A DNA stretch of 64,000 nt from a virus (taxonomy: Duplodnaviria; Heunggongvirae; Uroviricota; Caudoviricetes), in IMG/VR virus record IMGVR_UViG_3300029611_000001, positions 25,067 through 89,066 of that record; one strand, written 5' to 3'. A program made the position numbers and the translations under genes. Positions 10,813 through 21,544 of the stretch are shown in pieces; position 1 is the stretch's first letter, and every line of letters begins with the position of its first letter. The notes under the pieces are model-generated. The model was not told the DNA's origin. It searched no databases and saw nothing but the letters and a program-made list of their open reading frames with translations.

Positions 10813-11040
10813 ATGGAAAATAAGGAAGATTACGTTGGTTACGAAGATCAAGAACTGTGTAACCGGTATTACAAAGAGGCTGACGCCATGAGACAAAAGC
10901 AGGACTGGTCTCGGCTTAGGGCTGTCCCTGCTCCGGCCAAGGGAACGCCATCGCCCGGCTGGGGACAGCTTGGACGTGGAAATGATGTCCGTGTTAAGTA
11001 TGTTAGCATCAATTCAGGATTAGGAGGGGACAGGTTATGA
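10813..11040 (+). CDS. Hypothetical protein (75 aa)
   Basis: ORF with overlapping stop/start with the next gene. Confidence 0.45.
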   Translation: MENKEDYVGYEDQELCNRYYKEADAMRQKQDWSRLRAVPAPAKGTPSPGWGQLGRGNDVRVKYVSINSGLGGDRL

Positions 11041-11252
11041 CCGTAGAAGAATTAGCTAATAAAAGATACGGTGGCGAATTTGTTTTCATGCTTGGTCATT
11101 TGGAAGGTGTAACAAGATTCGTTTTTGAATGTTTCGATCCCAGACCTGATCACGAAGGTAAAAATACTTATATGGTTTCCTATTTTGATAAGCGCATCCG
11201 TAGAAGAGACGTAGTAGATGTGCCGTGTTATATGAATATTTTGCCAAAATAA
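11037..11252 (+). CDS. Hypothetical protein (71 aa)
   Basis: ORF, ATGA overlap. Confidence 0.45.
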   Translation: MTVEELANKRYGGEFVFMLGHLEGVTRFVFECFDPRPDHEGKNTYMVSYFDKRIRRRDVVDVPCYMNILPK

Positions 11253-11455
11253 TGAAAATATTAATCTTAAATGTACCTATATTTTCCGGTAATATTATTT
11301 CTCCTACCTGGATTAAAGCTGCAAGAGATTTCCAATCTAAATCGAAGGCAGAAAGAGATTCGTATTGTTCGGTTTGTGGATGTGCGGGAGGGTGTAACTT
11401 GTGCGATGATATAAGTAAATATAGGATTTCAGAACAACTAAAATATTATATATAA
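11225..11455 (+). CDS. Small Cys-rich protein (CSVCGCAGGCNLCDD)
   Basis: ORF; Cys cluster. Confidence 0.4.
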   Translation: MLYEYFAKIMKILILNVPIFSGNIISPTWIKAARDFQSKSKAERDSYCSVCGCAGGCNLCDDISKYRISEQLKYYI

Positions 11456-11456
11456 T

Positions 11457-12092
11457 ATGGTTAGAATCGCATATTTCGGAACCGATGGCTGCCCTGGTCA
11501 TCATGTTATTCCAATACGAGGTAAATTTACGGAAGAGGATGTTAAGGTAATAGAATCTGTAGATTGTGATGATTTTTATAAGGTGTTTGATGTCATGCGT
11601 TTTAAGATAGCTGAGTTTAAAGGATGGACGATATTGGGAATCCCGGCAAGCTTAGACGATCATAGACCTGGAAGCAAAACCGTTATCTTCATAGAGGGTA
11701 AAGCTAACGAAGCTGATTTTATGGAAGTCATACAAGAGTATTCTTTTCTTAAAAATAATGTAAAGAAACTTGCCGAATTGTATCATGATGGAGAATGGCT
11801 TGCGACTGGTAAATTGAATCAAGATCCGCCTACTAACAAGGAGCGGTTTCAATTTACGTTAGACAAGGATGATGTTATTAACATGATTAGGGGAGTCGAT
11901 TTAGATCCTTATTCTGATGTGGCGAATGAAATGGAGAAAATCGGATTGGGATCATCATCTGATTCTTCATATGAGGGTCCCACATGGTCTTGGTTTGTTA
12001 ACAAAGTAGAACTTTGGCAGAAGAATAATGTATGGGATAGTTTCTCCGCTGAGTTTTTGTGGGGTTTGTATTGTAGGATAAAGAAAGTATAG
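11457..12092 (+). CDS. Hypothetical protein (211 aa)
   Basis: ORF. Confidence 0.55.
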   Translation: MVRIAYFGTDGCPGHHVIPIRGKFTEEDVKVIESVDCDDFYKVFDVMRFKIAEFKGWTILGIPASLDDHRPGSKTVIFIEGKANEADFMEVIQEYSFLKNNVKKLAELYHDGEWLATGKLNQDPPTNKERFQFTLDKDDVINMIRGVDLDPYSDVANEMEKIGLGSSSDSSYEGPTWSWFVNKVELWQKNNVWDSFSAEFLWGLYCRIKKV

Positions 12093-12115
12093 TAACAATT
12101 AATTTAAAACAAATC

Positions 12116-12979
12116 ATGGAATTAAAAGATTTTAAAGATGTGATTAGAGTAATGACAAAAGAAGAGTTCGAATCAACAATCGAAGAAGATATTAAATTCG
12201 TTGAGGGATTCAAGAATTTCTTAAAACATGATGATGCCACGAGGATAGTAGAGCATATCAAGTCTGTGTTAGAAGCATCAGTAGATTACTACTATCCTAA
12301 TCATCCTGAAGTAGAATTTGAAAAAGATTTTAATATACAATACGATGTCAATAATATCTTGAACAAATACGGCCACACCGAAATGGGTATGTATAAAATA
12401 CAGTTCTATATAGAGAATATTTTGGGTAGTATTCAAAACAAGAAGCCTGTAGACGTGGGAGAAGTCTCTGACGGATACCACACTTTCAATGAATTGTATC
12501 GGTATCGCATGTTGTATAACGCTGCCTTCTTTAATCTATTAGCCAGAAGCGGACAGGTTGAAGTTTGCAAATCAAGGAGACACAGCGACGGAGAAAAATG
12601 CTTCGGTTCTGATGATTGGTTTATTGTGATGGCGATCCTACCTACCGGTCAGGTATCTAATCACTATGAAAGCAAATACTGGGATTTGTTTGATGTTCCT
12701 GAAAGAGAAACCGCTTTCGAATACGATGGCCATACACCAAATGAAGCCTCCGACAGACTTGAAAAGTATCTCAAACTGCCTCGTCATGGCATGACATTCG
12801 AACAGGCTTTAGAACGGCTTAAATTAGGTCGTAAGATAAAAAGAATCGATTGGGGTAAAAAGTATATCTGTATGTTTGACGTAAATATATTGATGATAGA
12901 TACAGGTCAAAAAGTAGCATCAAATTGGAATCCAACCGAACATGATATTATGTCTAATGACTGGGAGATTGCGGGATGA
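12116..12979 (+). CDS. Hypothetical protein (287 aa)
   Basis: ORF. Confidence 0.55.
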   Translation: MELKDFKDVIRVMTKEEFESTIEEDIKFVEGFKNFLKHDDATRIVEHIKSVLEASVDYYYPNHPEVEFEKDFNIQYDVNNILNKYGHTEMGMYKIQFYIENILGSIQNKKPVDVGEVSDGYHTFNELYRYRMLYNAAFFNLLARSGQVEVCKSRRHSDGEKCFGSDDWFIVMAILPTGQVSNHYESKYWDLFDVPERETAFEYDGHTPNEASDRLEKYLKLPRHGMTFEQALERLKLGRKIKRIDWGKKYICMFDVNILMIDTGQKVASNWNPTEHDIMSNDWEIAG

Positions 12980-13251
12980 GTTTGTTTGTTTGTTCAAAAT
13001 GTGGCTGTATAGATAATACAGCCACATCCTGTTATTGGGCTCTTATAAGACCTTGTAAGAATCGTATTTACGATAAGTCGCTAAAGGGATATGAAGGCAA
13101 GCCTCTTTGTTCTGAATGTGCCGCTATTGAATATAGTAAGGGAGACGAAGTGGTGGTAGTTCCTGGAACGTGGCATGGTAAGTTCAAGAAAGAATGGCCT
13201 ACTGAAGAAGAGAAGAAGCATATTGGTAAAAACGGTATTTTAAATATGTAA
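12976..13251 (+). CDS. Zinc-ribbon protein (CSKCGC...CSEC)
   Basis: ORF; two CxxC pairs. Confidence 0.5.
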   Translation: MSLFVCSKCGCIDNTATSCYWALIRPCKNRIYDKSLKGYEGKPLCSECAAIEYSKGDEVVVVPGTWHGKFKKEWPTEEEKKHIGKNGILNM

Positions 13252-13254
13252 ATT

Positions 13255-13560
13255 ATGTGTGATAAGGAAATTGTTGTATGCGCAGCTATATGGGTTCAAG
13301 ATCACAAGAACAAGCCTCACGGTCCAGTAAACATACCATCCGGAACCGTATTTTGTGGATTGAGACATTGTTCTATCATTTCTCAGTTTGCAGCTTATGG
13401 TATTGCTCATAAAAACCGCAGTGTTCAAGGATTTTTGACGAGCAAGAATCGGTTTTTAACAAGAGAAGAAGCATCTGAACTTGTTAGAAACAATAATCAG
13501 GAAATGGTAGTAGATAGGAGTGCTATTAGAGAACAATTGTATTCAGAAGATTTGTATTAA
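13255..13560 (+). CDS. Hypothetical protein (101 aa)
   Basis: ORF. Confidence 0.5.
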   Translation: MCDKEIVVCAAIWVQDHKNKPHGPVNIPSGTVFCGLRHCSIISQFAAYGIAHKNRSVQGFLTSKNRFLTREEASELVRNNNQEMVVDRSAIREQLYSEDLY

Positions 13561-13577
13561 CTAAAAAATAAAACAAT

Positions 13578-13928
13578 ATGGGATTTATAATCAGAAAGTC
13601 AATATTTTATGATATGATGGACGGCAATCAATTAAAGTATGAATTTGACAACAGGGATTTAGATCATATCACATTTAAAGGTGATGGTAAAGAATCTTTT
13701 TCATTTAACAGAGCACTTGTTGAAAATTTAATTGAGACATTTGAAACCATGCAGGATATATACTTCGATAATTATAGGCTTAAGGTTTATACTGGTAATT
13801 GCATAATTCAATTGAACGTAAATCCAAAGGACCCCAGTGAATCCTTTTTTGACGTATATGATAGAGATGAGATGAAATTGATATACGGAATAAAGATCAG
13901 TATTCTGAAAGAAATGTTTATCATATGA
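13578..13928 (+). CDS. Hypothetical protein (116 aa)
   Basis: ORF. Confidence 0.5.
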   Translation: MGFIIRKSIFYDMMDGNQLKYEFDNRDLDHITFKGDGKESFSFNRALVENLIETFETMQDIYFDNYRLKVYTGNCIIQLNVNPKDPSESFFDVYDRDEMKLIYGIKISILKEMFII

Positions 13929-14242
13929 TTACCAAGCAGGACATACAAACAGCAGCATCGTATATTTTCCGAAGCAGTTTTGTCTCGGAGGACCAGGCAA
14001 GGAAAGCAATGGTAAAAGCCGGCAATAACGCTACCAAGATCCTCGTCAAGACCTTTAGAGGCAAGTTGTTCAAGAAAGCTTTTGAAAGAGCCCGTAGAGG
14101 AAAGGATATCAGTTCTTTTGAAAGACAGGAAAAAGAAAGTGGTTTCAATTTTCTACACAATCCTAATAATGGTCGTATGCAAAGTGGTCATATTATAATA
14201 GATGGAATTGGTCTTTTTAAACAAATAATTCATGAAAGGTAA
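13925..14242 (+). CDS. Hypothetical basic protein (105 aa)
   Basis: ORF. Confidence 0.5.
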   Translation: MITKQDIQTAASYIFRSSFVSEDQARKAMVKAGNNATKILVKTFRGKLFKKAFERARRGKDISSFERQEKESGFNFLHNPNNGRMQSGHIIIDGIGLFKQIIHER

Positions 14243-14401
14243 AAAAGTTGATATTCGTTTAGGCAGAGGTCTGGCGAATCAGATTAAGATAAACAAAACC
14301 ATCCCAGTGTCTCATAAACCAAAAGAAGAACGTCGAATGATGTTTGTTTGTGGTGATGATATTGCTTCTCTTATAAAGCGGTTTGAAAACGAATCAAAGT
14401 A
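14231..14401 (+). CDS. Small hypothetical protein (56 aa)
   Basis: ATG 14231; strong terminator immediately downstream. Confidence 0.4.
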
Positions 14402-14406
14402 ATATA

Positions 14407-14441
14407 AAGTCGGACATGTATCTTGTCCGACTTTTTTTTTA
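14407..14441 (+). terminator. Rho-independent terminator (10-bp perfect stem, T9 tract)
   Basis: aagtcggaca-tgtatct-tgtccgactt-ttttttttt. Confidence 0.75.
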
Positions 14442-14453
14442 TATATTTGTGGC

Positions 14454-14777
14454 ATGGCAAGAGGTTATTATTGGATACCACAAACAGATGAAACGTTAAA
14501 TGGCAGAAGCTATTACGTGGCTAAGATAGTAGGGGATATCACGTTTGATACTAAACGAAAAAGAATCGTATTTCAAGCTGATAGGTATTTCCCTGTAGGA
14601 TCTGTTTTCCATTTTACGCACAATTGCTTCAATTATATCATAACTTGCCGACTTCGCAAGCCAGGGCTTTGGTTTGAAGCCAGGAGAGAAGATTCAGGCT
14701 CTATTTGCCCTGAAGATATTGAGCGCTTTGAATCGGGAAGGTTTATTCACCGAGATGGGTACATGCATTACATATAA
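14454..14777 (+). CDS. Hypothetical protein (107 aa)
   Basis: ORF; hairpin plus T-tract at 14832-14868. Confidence 0.5.
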   Translation: MARGYYWIPQTDETLNGRSYYVAKIVGDITFDTKRKRIVFQADRYFPVGSVFHFTHNCFNYIITCRLRKPGLWFEARREDSGSICPEDIERFESGRFIHRDGYMHYI

Positions 14778-14887
14778 GCTGAACTTGACGATTTTTCGTC
14801 AGATTATAATTTTTTTTCATATCATTTTTAAGCCATCAGACTGAGAAGTTAGATGGCTTTATTTTTTATGATATGCTTGATTTTTAA

Positions 14888-14895
14888 CTACCTTT
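14888..14895 (+). promoter_or_regulatory. Bacteroidota-type -7 box (tacctttg) upstream of giant gene
   Basis: TAnnTTTG about 25 bp upstream of ATG 14920. Confidence 0.4.
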
Positions 14896-14919
14896 GTCTC
14901 ATAACAAAAATGTTTTATC

Positions 14920-17900
14920 ATGGTATCAACGTGTATTATTAAAAGAGATAATAAAAAGAAAGTTGTTTCTGTCTCTACCAGATCAGGGGACAGGTCTATG
15001 TTGTTTGATAAAATAGCATCTATTCCCCTTATGGAGAACAGGGAACGGGCTACTACTGTTTTTAAAACCGTATTTTCCAACAAGTTCTTAAAGGCTTTTG
15101 GCGACTGGAGAAAGAGAGTGCCTATCAACAAACAGGCTTATAATAAGGTAAAATCCAACATCGATCTTATCCCAGAAGCCTATAGAGAAAGGGTACTGGA
15201 TAAGGCTTCTAAGATGAGTAATCCTGTTCTTGTGTCAAAATCAGATGCACCTTATGAAATCCAAGAATCGGGCTTTGGATTTTACAGCCAAGATCTGGGT
15301 GATAATATTATGTTGGTAGATGCTATGGTCCCGTCAAGTATTTCCGTACCGGAAGGACCGGGAATAGACGCAGGGCAGTATCTACAAGATGCTATATCTT
15401 CGGACTTCACTCCCGTATCTATGGTACAGGATAAGGGTGTTAATTATATGGTTATAAAAGACGGTCTTAAGATATTTAGCCCAGAAGAGCTACCACAGAC
15501 AGATTCTAATCCTGTGGGTGTAACGTATCAGACCGGAGAGCCTCGTTTGTTTTTCATGAACGATCGTAGTCAATTATTTGAAGATTACGGAGAAGCTCTT
15601 CGCTCTGGCGGAAATGATATTAGAATAGGATTCTTATCAGGCACCGTTCAAGAATCTACCGTGGATGGCGTGGCAGACATTACTTACAAGGCTGGAAAGT
15701 ATGTTCTTAATAATCCCAAATCTTTTATACCGGTCATGACCGCTTCTGCTTCTACTTCTTTATCAACAAAAGGTGGTATAATTAACTACCTTATAAAGAA
15801 AGGTCTTTTGTCAGGATCTAAGATATTCGATCCGGAAACAAGAAGCTATTATCTTACAGGAGAAGGTCATACAGGACAAATTAGACTTTTCAATTCAGCC
15901 TTATCATACACCGAGCTCCGTAATCATTTTGGTTCCGATGTTTCCATGAACGACCAAGGTATGATAACCATAAGCTCGTTGGATAATAGTAATGTAACTA
16001 TGAGGCTCGCCACCGGAGGAACGGAAAGGGTTAGCAAAGAGCAGATAAAGAACGATCTTAAGTCAGGAAGATACAATGAATTGGACGCCAAGTACGATCA
16101 TTTTGATGCGCTTGTAGTTTCATTCATATTAGAAGACAACGATCTTTATGCTGATACTAAAGCTAAGATCGTATCAGATTATAGCAGGCAGGAACGTGAT
16201 CAACGAAATTCTATTGTCGAGATACTGAAAACTCTTGGCGTTAGTGTCATAGGTATGACCGATTATATAGAGAAGTACCAAACCAAATACGGGCACGAAC
16301 CTTCTGCTAAGGCATTGGCGGATATTGCCAATAATGTAATAGCAGTTGGTGAAGATGCTACTTTATCTGATTTAGTAGAAGAAACAGCCCACTTTCTTGT
16401 AGAGGCATACAGAGATCAGAATGCTGTTGAGGCTGTTCTGCAAGATGTAGAAGGTACGGAAGAGTGGAACCAGTATGCAGGTCAGTATTATAATACATAC
16501 GGTAAAGCGTATGAAGGAGCTGAGCTTGATAATGCTGTTAGGAGAGAAATTCTTGGAAAGATCCTCGCCAGGGAGATGCAGGCCGGCACAGCACAGGCGC
16601 CGGTAGAGCCCACCTCCTTCCTGGGGCGCGTCCGGCAGCTTTTCTCTGGAATCGTAAGCTGGCTTAAATCAGCTTTATCAACCCAAAGACAAGATTTGAA
16701 TAACGTTATTAAAAACATTCGTGATCTTGCCATTACTGACATAGATAAAGGATTTGACACCTCTCTGTTAAAGGATAATGACTTTACATTATACTCCCTT
16801 TCTTCTATGAACAAGAACAAGTTTCTTGAGTCTAAGATCAGATCACTAAGAAAAACATTAAGAGACTTACGTCAGATAAGCTCTGATAGGGCTGTAACTA
16901 CGTCTATGACCCTTGCGCAGCTTAAGACCATAGAAGATAAGATAAATAAGGTAGAGACCGAAATAGACAAGAATGAGATGGCGGCTGCCATGAACAGCAT
17001 GATCTCCACAGCCGAAGCTCAGGTCAGATACTTAAGCAATGTGGTGAACACCACCCTTCATGGTGATACCAAAGACGGCAAGCTTCACTTCAATACCAAT
17101 GATCGAAAGAACGTAGATATTATCAACAATCAGGTTCTTCCGATCATGAACGATCTTCGAGGATATATCCGTAACAGAAGTACCGAATTTGATGAACGTG
17201 AAAAGCAGGATTATACAAATAGGATCAACACCGTCATTGCCGACATCAATGGTATTCAGCCTGATATTAAATCAGTACAAGACCTTGATGAAAGTACGTT
17301 GCTTGATAAGTTAATGAACGAACTTCATGTGCCGGCAGATAAGGTAAAGAGAGTAAAAGAATTTTTCGACAAGGTTCAACACGATGTTTCTTGGATAAGT
17401 AGGTGGTTTGGTATATTAGAGCATTCTTCCAGTCCGTTCAATAACGCTCTTGGAGCTATGATTGCCAAAGACAATTACAATGCGATGGTGAATGCCCAGC
17501 CCGCCATATCCGATTTCCTGGCATATGCGAAAAAGCATGGTTTTAACAAATCTGAATTTGAAAAACTGCTTCAGAAAGTAGACGGAAAAACTTCTAATTA
17601 CCTTCGTAGTGCTCTTGATATGGCTAAATACGATCGTAATAAGAAGCTGGCGCAGATGCGAGCGTTTGCGACTGCCATGAACATAGAGATATCAGAAGAA
17701 GAAATTGGTGATGTGGTTGACAATAACCGTAATTACGTATTTAAAAGAGAAGTAGTTGACAAGGATGGAAATACGGTTACTGAAAACGCTAAATTCAAAC
17801 CATCGTCTGATAGGGTTAATACCGATATTTTTACCATCGAGCAGGAAAAGATCTATACGGAACAGATGGAAAAGTGGGATGCTGAAAATTCGGAACTGGA

Positions 17901-20900
17901 ATTTAGTGAAAGTTATGCCACAAGAATGGAATCCATATACAAAAAGGCTGAAGAAGAATTAGGGCATCCAGTTTCTCAAACAACCAAAGAATACCTTAAT
18001 GCTCTATCCAGGCAAAAACGGATACTGAGGCAGCCTTTTATTGATAGCGGTGGTAATTTTGATGAAGTTGCCTATTTTAAAAGCAGCAATTACGAAGAAG
18101 AAGGACTGCTTCGTAAACAACGTAAAGAAGCAGCTTCAGAATACATATATGTAGGAACCAGGAGAGTGGAAAAAACCGGCGACCAACTTAAGATGGCCAA
18201 AGAAATACAAGCTATAAATGAAGTTTGGAGAAAGGAATCAAATAATGTTACTAATGCCGTATCAGAATCGTTTTTGCAAAAATTGAGAGCGATTCAGAGC
18301 GAATCAGGAGGGGAAGCTGCATTGAGAACGCTTATGTTGGGTGGTCACCTGTCATTCAACGATCGGTTTTGGAATGATATAGAATCGGAACAGTCAGCGC
18401 GCACCGAATCAAATAACAAGGCTTCGTATCTCAAAATGGCGCATGATATCATTAGTTCTACGACAAGCGATAGAGATGCGACTGACGTGGATTCTATTGT
18501 GAAAGATATAGAAAAAAATAAGGCTATTATCAAGGAAATAATCGGAAACAATCGCGATGTGGCTGATATCGGAGAAATTAACGAAGCAACATTTACCTCA
18601 TCCGAAAGAGATGCTTTTAGGGCCGCATCTGAAGCTATTGAAGCCGATTACGCTATTTTGATAGATTATGCTAAGATGGTGGGTCTTGAAGATATTGATA
18701 AGTACCTTACTAAAAGCAATAAGGCTGAAAACGAAGTAAATCAGTCTTATTTAAATGCTCTTGCTGACTCCAAGGAAGTGGAATGGAAGTTCGTACAACG
18801 TCATACTACGGCGAAGAAAGCAAAAAGGATTCAGGCTTTAAGGGATAAGCTGTTTAAGGCTGCTGATAACCGATATCTGTTTACCGTATCTGAAACCAAC
18901 TACCTGTCAGAAAAGCTTGGTATAAGCAAAGAATTAGACGGTAGAGATTTTAGGAATGCTGTTAATGCTAAGATGGCCAGCTTGTTTTTAAATAATACAA
19001 GAGAAGAGGGTATAGAAGCTGACATAAAAGCGGGCATAGAAGAGGCCAATGCTATTGTTAATGAATTTGCCAGGAGCCAGGTCTTTTCGTACTATAAACG
19101 CATGGCGCCTACTGGATATGCGGCTATGATCGACAAAATCGGTCGAGGTGAGATAGATGTGGCGCAGATGGTTAAGGACGTACAAAACGGTACATCCACC
19201 CAAGATTATGGCATGGATATATCGTACCTTTCTTTCGATCCTGCAAGGGCATGGGTGGCTGAATCTGAAGCCGAAAATAGCGGCCGTAATCCTGATTATG
19301 TAAAAGATCATGGGTATGGTCATCGAATGCCTAAGAAAAGCCTGTATCGTGATGAATCGTATTTCAATGACTTTGGCATCAAGTATGATGTTGACGGTAA
19401 TGAGGTTGCTACTAAAAATGTAGAGCAGTGGAATATGATTCAAAAACTCAAGGAAATAAAAAGACAATCCCTTGATCTATACAAAGAGCAGAGCCCGAAC
19501 CTGTATGCTATTCCACAGATATCAAAACAAGACATAGAACGTATAGAAGGATTGGGTATTAACTTCAAAAATACGGTTCGTAATTTTGTATCAGATCTGT
19601 GCCTGGACAGAGTAGACGATTCTCTATATGGTAAGACCAGGCAAGGAGAAGTGTATGACCCGGAAGACAGACTTAGGTCTATACCTAAATACTACATATA
19701 TGAGTTGGAGAACCAAGATGATGTATCTCACGATTTTGGCTACTCTTATTCGATGCTTATGATGCAGTCATCGTTATACAACGAAAAGCAGAAGTCTATA
19801 GAGCTCGCTCAAGGACTGGAACAGATGTTACTGAACAAGCAATTTGAAGGCGGTAAGAAGGCTGAAGCAACCCAAGCATATCAGATGTTCAGAGACTTCT
19901 TCAACGATCATTATTATGGCATTAGGATGAACACCAAAAAACTTACGGTGAACATCGGAGGATATACGGTAGACCTTACAAGAATTATGATGGCTGTTGA
20001 AAGATTTATGTCGGTCATGAACTTGGCACTGTCTCCGTTTGTGGCAGCTACCGGCGCCTTAACAGGTCATATCAACCTCATCATGGAATCTGCCGTAGGA
20101 CAGTATATAAGCAAAGACTCCCTTAAATACGCATCGGCTGAATTTTCACGCCTTGCTCCATCTTGTATAGCAGAAACCGGAGACATAGATAGGAAAAGCA
20201 AATTATATGTCATAGGTGAGAGAATGGGGATATTCGATATCCGAAATCGTATGTATGGTGCCGGATACAATAGAGCGGCCAGGACCTTAATGCGTTCGCC
20301 TATGTATGCTTTTATGGAAATCCTGGACTACCCTCTTGATCCGCAGGTTATGATTGCTACTATGGACAATGTTCGTTATTACAAAGGCCGGTTCTACACG
20401 TTCCAAGATTTCAAGATGGAAAAAGAACGCAATAAAGAACAGAGTACCATAAAAAGAGAATGGAACGCATTAAAAGATCGTACTTTATGGAGTATGGTAG
20501 ACGTCGTGGATGGGAAGGTGGTTGTAAAGCCCGGATCAGGTGTTACTGTTGAGGAAGTTGAAACCCAGATGGCTATAACCAGGAATCAAGTCCGTAGCTT
20601 GTCGCAGATATGTAACGGATTTTTGAATGAAGAAAACCGAACTGCTGCATCGCGCAACTGGATAGCCAGGTTCATGACCGCCCACCGAGGATGGTTGGTG
20701 CTGGCGGCTCAACGTCTATGGAAAAGACGTGGCTTCAATTTCCAGACAATGCAAGAAGAGGAAGGGTTGTCAATTACGTTAAAGAATATGATAGCCAAAA
20801 CATTTAGCCTGGCTTCCGAGTCTGGTATGAAAAACATCATAGATGCCTGGAATGAAAATAAAGACAATATGAATGAGGTAGAAAAAACCAATCTCAAACG

Positions 20901-21366
20901 TCTCAGTGTCTATGCCGGCACGTTCCTTATCATGCAGGCCGTATCTATGCTTCTTGCCGGATGGCGTGATGATGATGAAAACGAAGAAAGTTGGCTTACT
21001 CAATTCGGATCCTATGTCGGATTCAGAACCATAAACGAAATAGCTTCACAGATGCCGTTTATTATGGAGCTTAACGTTGTAGATATCATTAACGACCCGT
21101 TTGTTATGGGACGGAAGCTGAAGGATCTTACCGATCTTAGGAATTATTCACTTGATAAAGTAACATCCGGTACATACAAGGGAGAGTCTAAGTTATTTAG
21201 GCAACTCGCCAAACAGACGTTTATCAAACAATGGTATAACATTAAGACGCCGGAAGACGTAGCACGCGCCTATAACTGGTGGCAGCAGACGAACAACAAG
21301 TCAATGATGTTCTTCATCGGCGCCACTCCTGATTCGGAAGGAGACGATGATGTTAGCTACAAATAG
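14920..21366 (+). CDS. Giant protein (2148 aa), largely alpha-helical; candidate virion/ejected protein of crAss-like type (function unverified)
   Basis: Uninterrupted 6.4-kb ORF; size comparable to the roughly 2180-aa virion RNA polymerase of a crAss-like phage; no DxDGD motif found by eye. Confidence 0.75.
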   Translation: MVSTCIIKRDNKKKVVSVSTRSGDRSMLFDKIASIPLMENRERATTVFKTVFSNKFLKAFGDWRKRVPINKQAYNKVKSNIDLIPEAYRERVLDKASKMSNPVLVSKSDAPYEIQESGFGFYSQDLGDNIMLVDAMVPSSISVPEGPGIDAGQYLQDAISSDFTPVSMVQDKGVNYMVIKDGLKIFSPEELPQTDSNPVGVTYQTGEPRLFFMNDRSQLFEDYGEALRSGGNDIRIGFLSGTVQESTVDGVADITYKAGKYVLNNPKSFIPVMTASASTSLSTKGGIINYLIKKGLLSGSKIFDPETRSYYLTGEGHTGQIRLFNSALSYTELRNHFGSDVSMNDQGMITISSLDNSNVTMRLATGGTERVSKEQIKNDLKSGRYNELDAKYDHFDALVVSFILEDNDLYADTKAKIVSDYSRQERDQRNSIVEILKTLGVSVIGMTDYIEKYQTKYGHEPSAKALADIANNVIAVGEDATLSDLVEETAHFLVEAYRDQNAVEAVLQDVEGTEEWNQYAGQYYNTYGKAYEGAELDNAVRREILGKILAREMQAGTAQAPVEPTSFLGRVRQLFSGIVSWLKSALSTQRQDLNNVIKNIRDLAITDIDKGFDTSLLKDNDFTLYSLSSMNKNKFLESKIRSLRKTLRDLRQISSDRAVTTSMTLAQLKTIEDKINKVETEIDKNEMAAAMNSMISTAEAQVRYLSNVVNTTLHGDTKDGKLHFNTNDRKNVDIINNQVLPIMNDLRGYIRNRSTEFDEREKQDYTNRINTVIADINGIQPDIKSVQDLDESTLLDKLMNELHVPADKVKRVKEFFDKVQHDVSWISRWFGILEHSSSPFNNALGAMIAKDNYNAMVNAQPAISDFLAYAKKHGFNKSEFEKLLQKVDGKTSNYLRSALDMAKYDRNKKLAQMRAFATAMNIEISEEEIGDVVDNNRNYVFKREVVDKDGNTVTENAKFKPSSDRVNTDIFTIEQEKIYTEQMEKWDAENSELEFSESYATRMESIYKKAEEELGHPVSQTTKEYLNALSRQKRILRQPFIDSGGNFDEVAYFKSSNYEEEGLLRKQRKEAASEYIYVGTRRVEKTGDQLKMAKEIQAINEVWRKESNNVTNAVSESFLQKLRAIQSESGGEAALRTLMLGGHLSFNDRFWNDIESEQSARTESNNKASYLKMAHDIISSTTSDRDATDVDSIVKDIEKNKAIIKEIIGNNRDVADIGEINEATFTSSERDAFRAASEAIEADYAILIDYAKMVGLEDIDKYLTKSNKAENEVNQSYLNALADSKEVEWKFVQRHTTAKKAKRIQALRDKLFKAADNRYLFTVSETNYLSEKLGISKELDGRDFRNAVNAKMASLFLNNTREEGIEADIKAGIEEANAIVNEFARSQVFSYYKRMAPTGYAAMIDKIGRGEIDVAQMVKDVQNGTSTQDYGMDISYLSFDPARAWVAESEAENSGRNPDYVKDHGYGHRMPKKSLYRDESYFNDFGIKYDVDGNEVATKNVEQWNMIQKLKEIKRQSLDLYKEQSPNLYAIPQISKQDIERIEGLGINFKNTVRNFVSDLCLDRVDDSLYGKTRQGEVYDPEDRLRSIPKYYIYELENQDDVSHDFGYSYSMLMMQSSLYNEKQKSIELAQGLEQMLLNKQFEGGKKAEATQAYQMFRDFFNDHYYGIRMNTKKLTVNIGGYTVDLTRIMMAVERFMSVMNLALSPFVAATGALTGHINLIMESAVGQYISKDSLKYASAEFSRLAPSCIAETGDIDRKSKLYVIGERMGIFDIRNRMYGAGYNRAARTLMRSPMYAFMEILDYPLDPQVMIATMDNVRYYKGRFYTFQDFKMEKERNKEQSTIKREWNALKDRTLWSMVDVVDGKVVVKPGSGVTVEEVETQMAITRNQVRSLSQICNGFLNEENRTAASRNWIARFMTAHRGWLVLAAQRLWKRRGFNFQTMQEEEGLSITLKNMIAKTFSLASESGMKNIIDAWNENKDNMNEVEKTNLKRLSVYAGTFLIMQAVSMLLAGWRDDDENEESWLTQFGSYVGFRTINEIASQMPFIMELNVVDIINDPFVMGRKLKDLTDLRNYSLDKVTSGTYKGESKLFRQLAKQTFIKQWYNIKTPEDVARAYNWWQQTNNKSMMFFIGATPDSEGDDDVSYK

Positions 21367-21544
21367 ACGAAGAATATCAGACTTGCATTGTTTTTGTATG
21401 ATTCCAATATGTTATATTAGCATCGTCAAAGAGTAGATTGTACGTTTTTTGTTCTTACTTGAAAAGTTTGTAGGTTTATTTTTTCTGAAATTGTTTTCTT
21501 ACCGGTTCTCAGTCAGAGATGATAGGGAACCGGTTTCTTTTGTT

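Noticed and set aside
14920-21366. Calling the 2148-aa ORF a virion RNA polymerase
   Set aside because: No NADFDGD/DxDGD-like metal-binding motif or recognisable double-psi beta-barrel signature could be found by eye. It is kept as hypothetical with only a size analogy.
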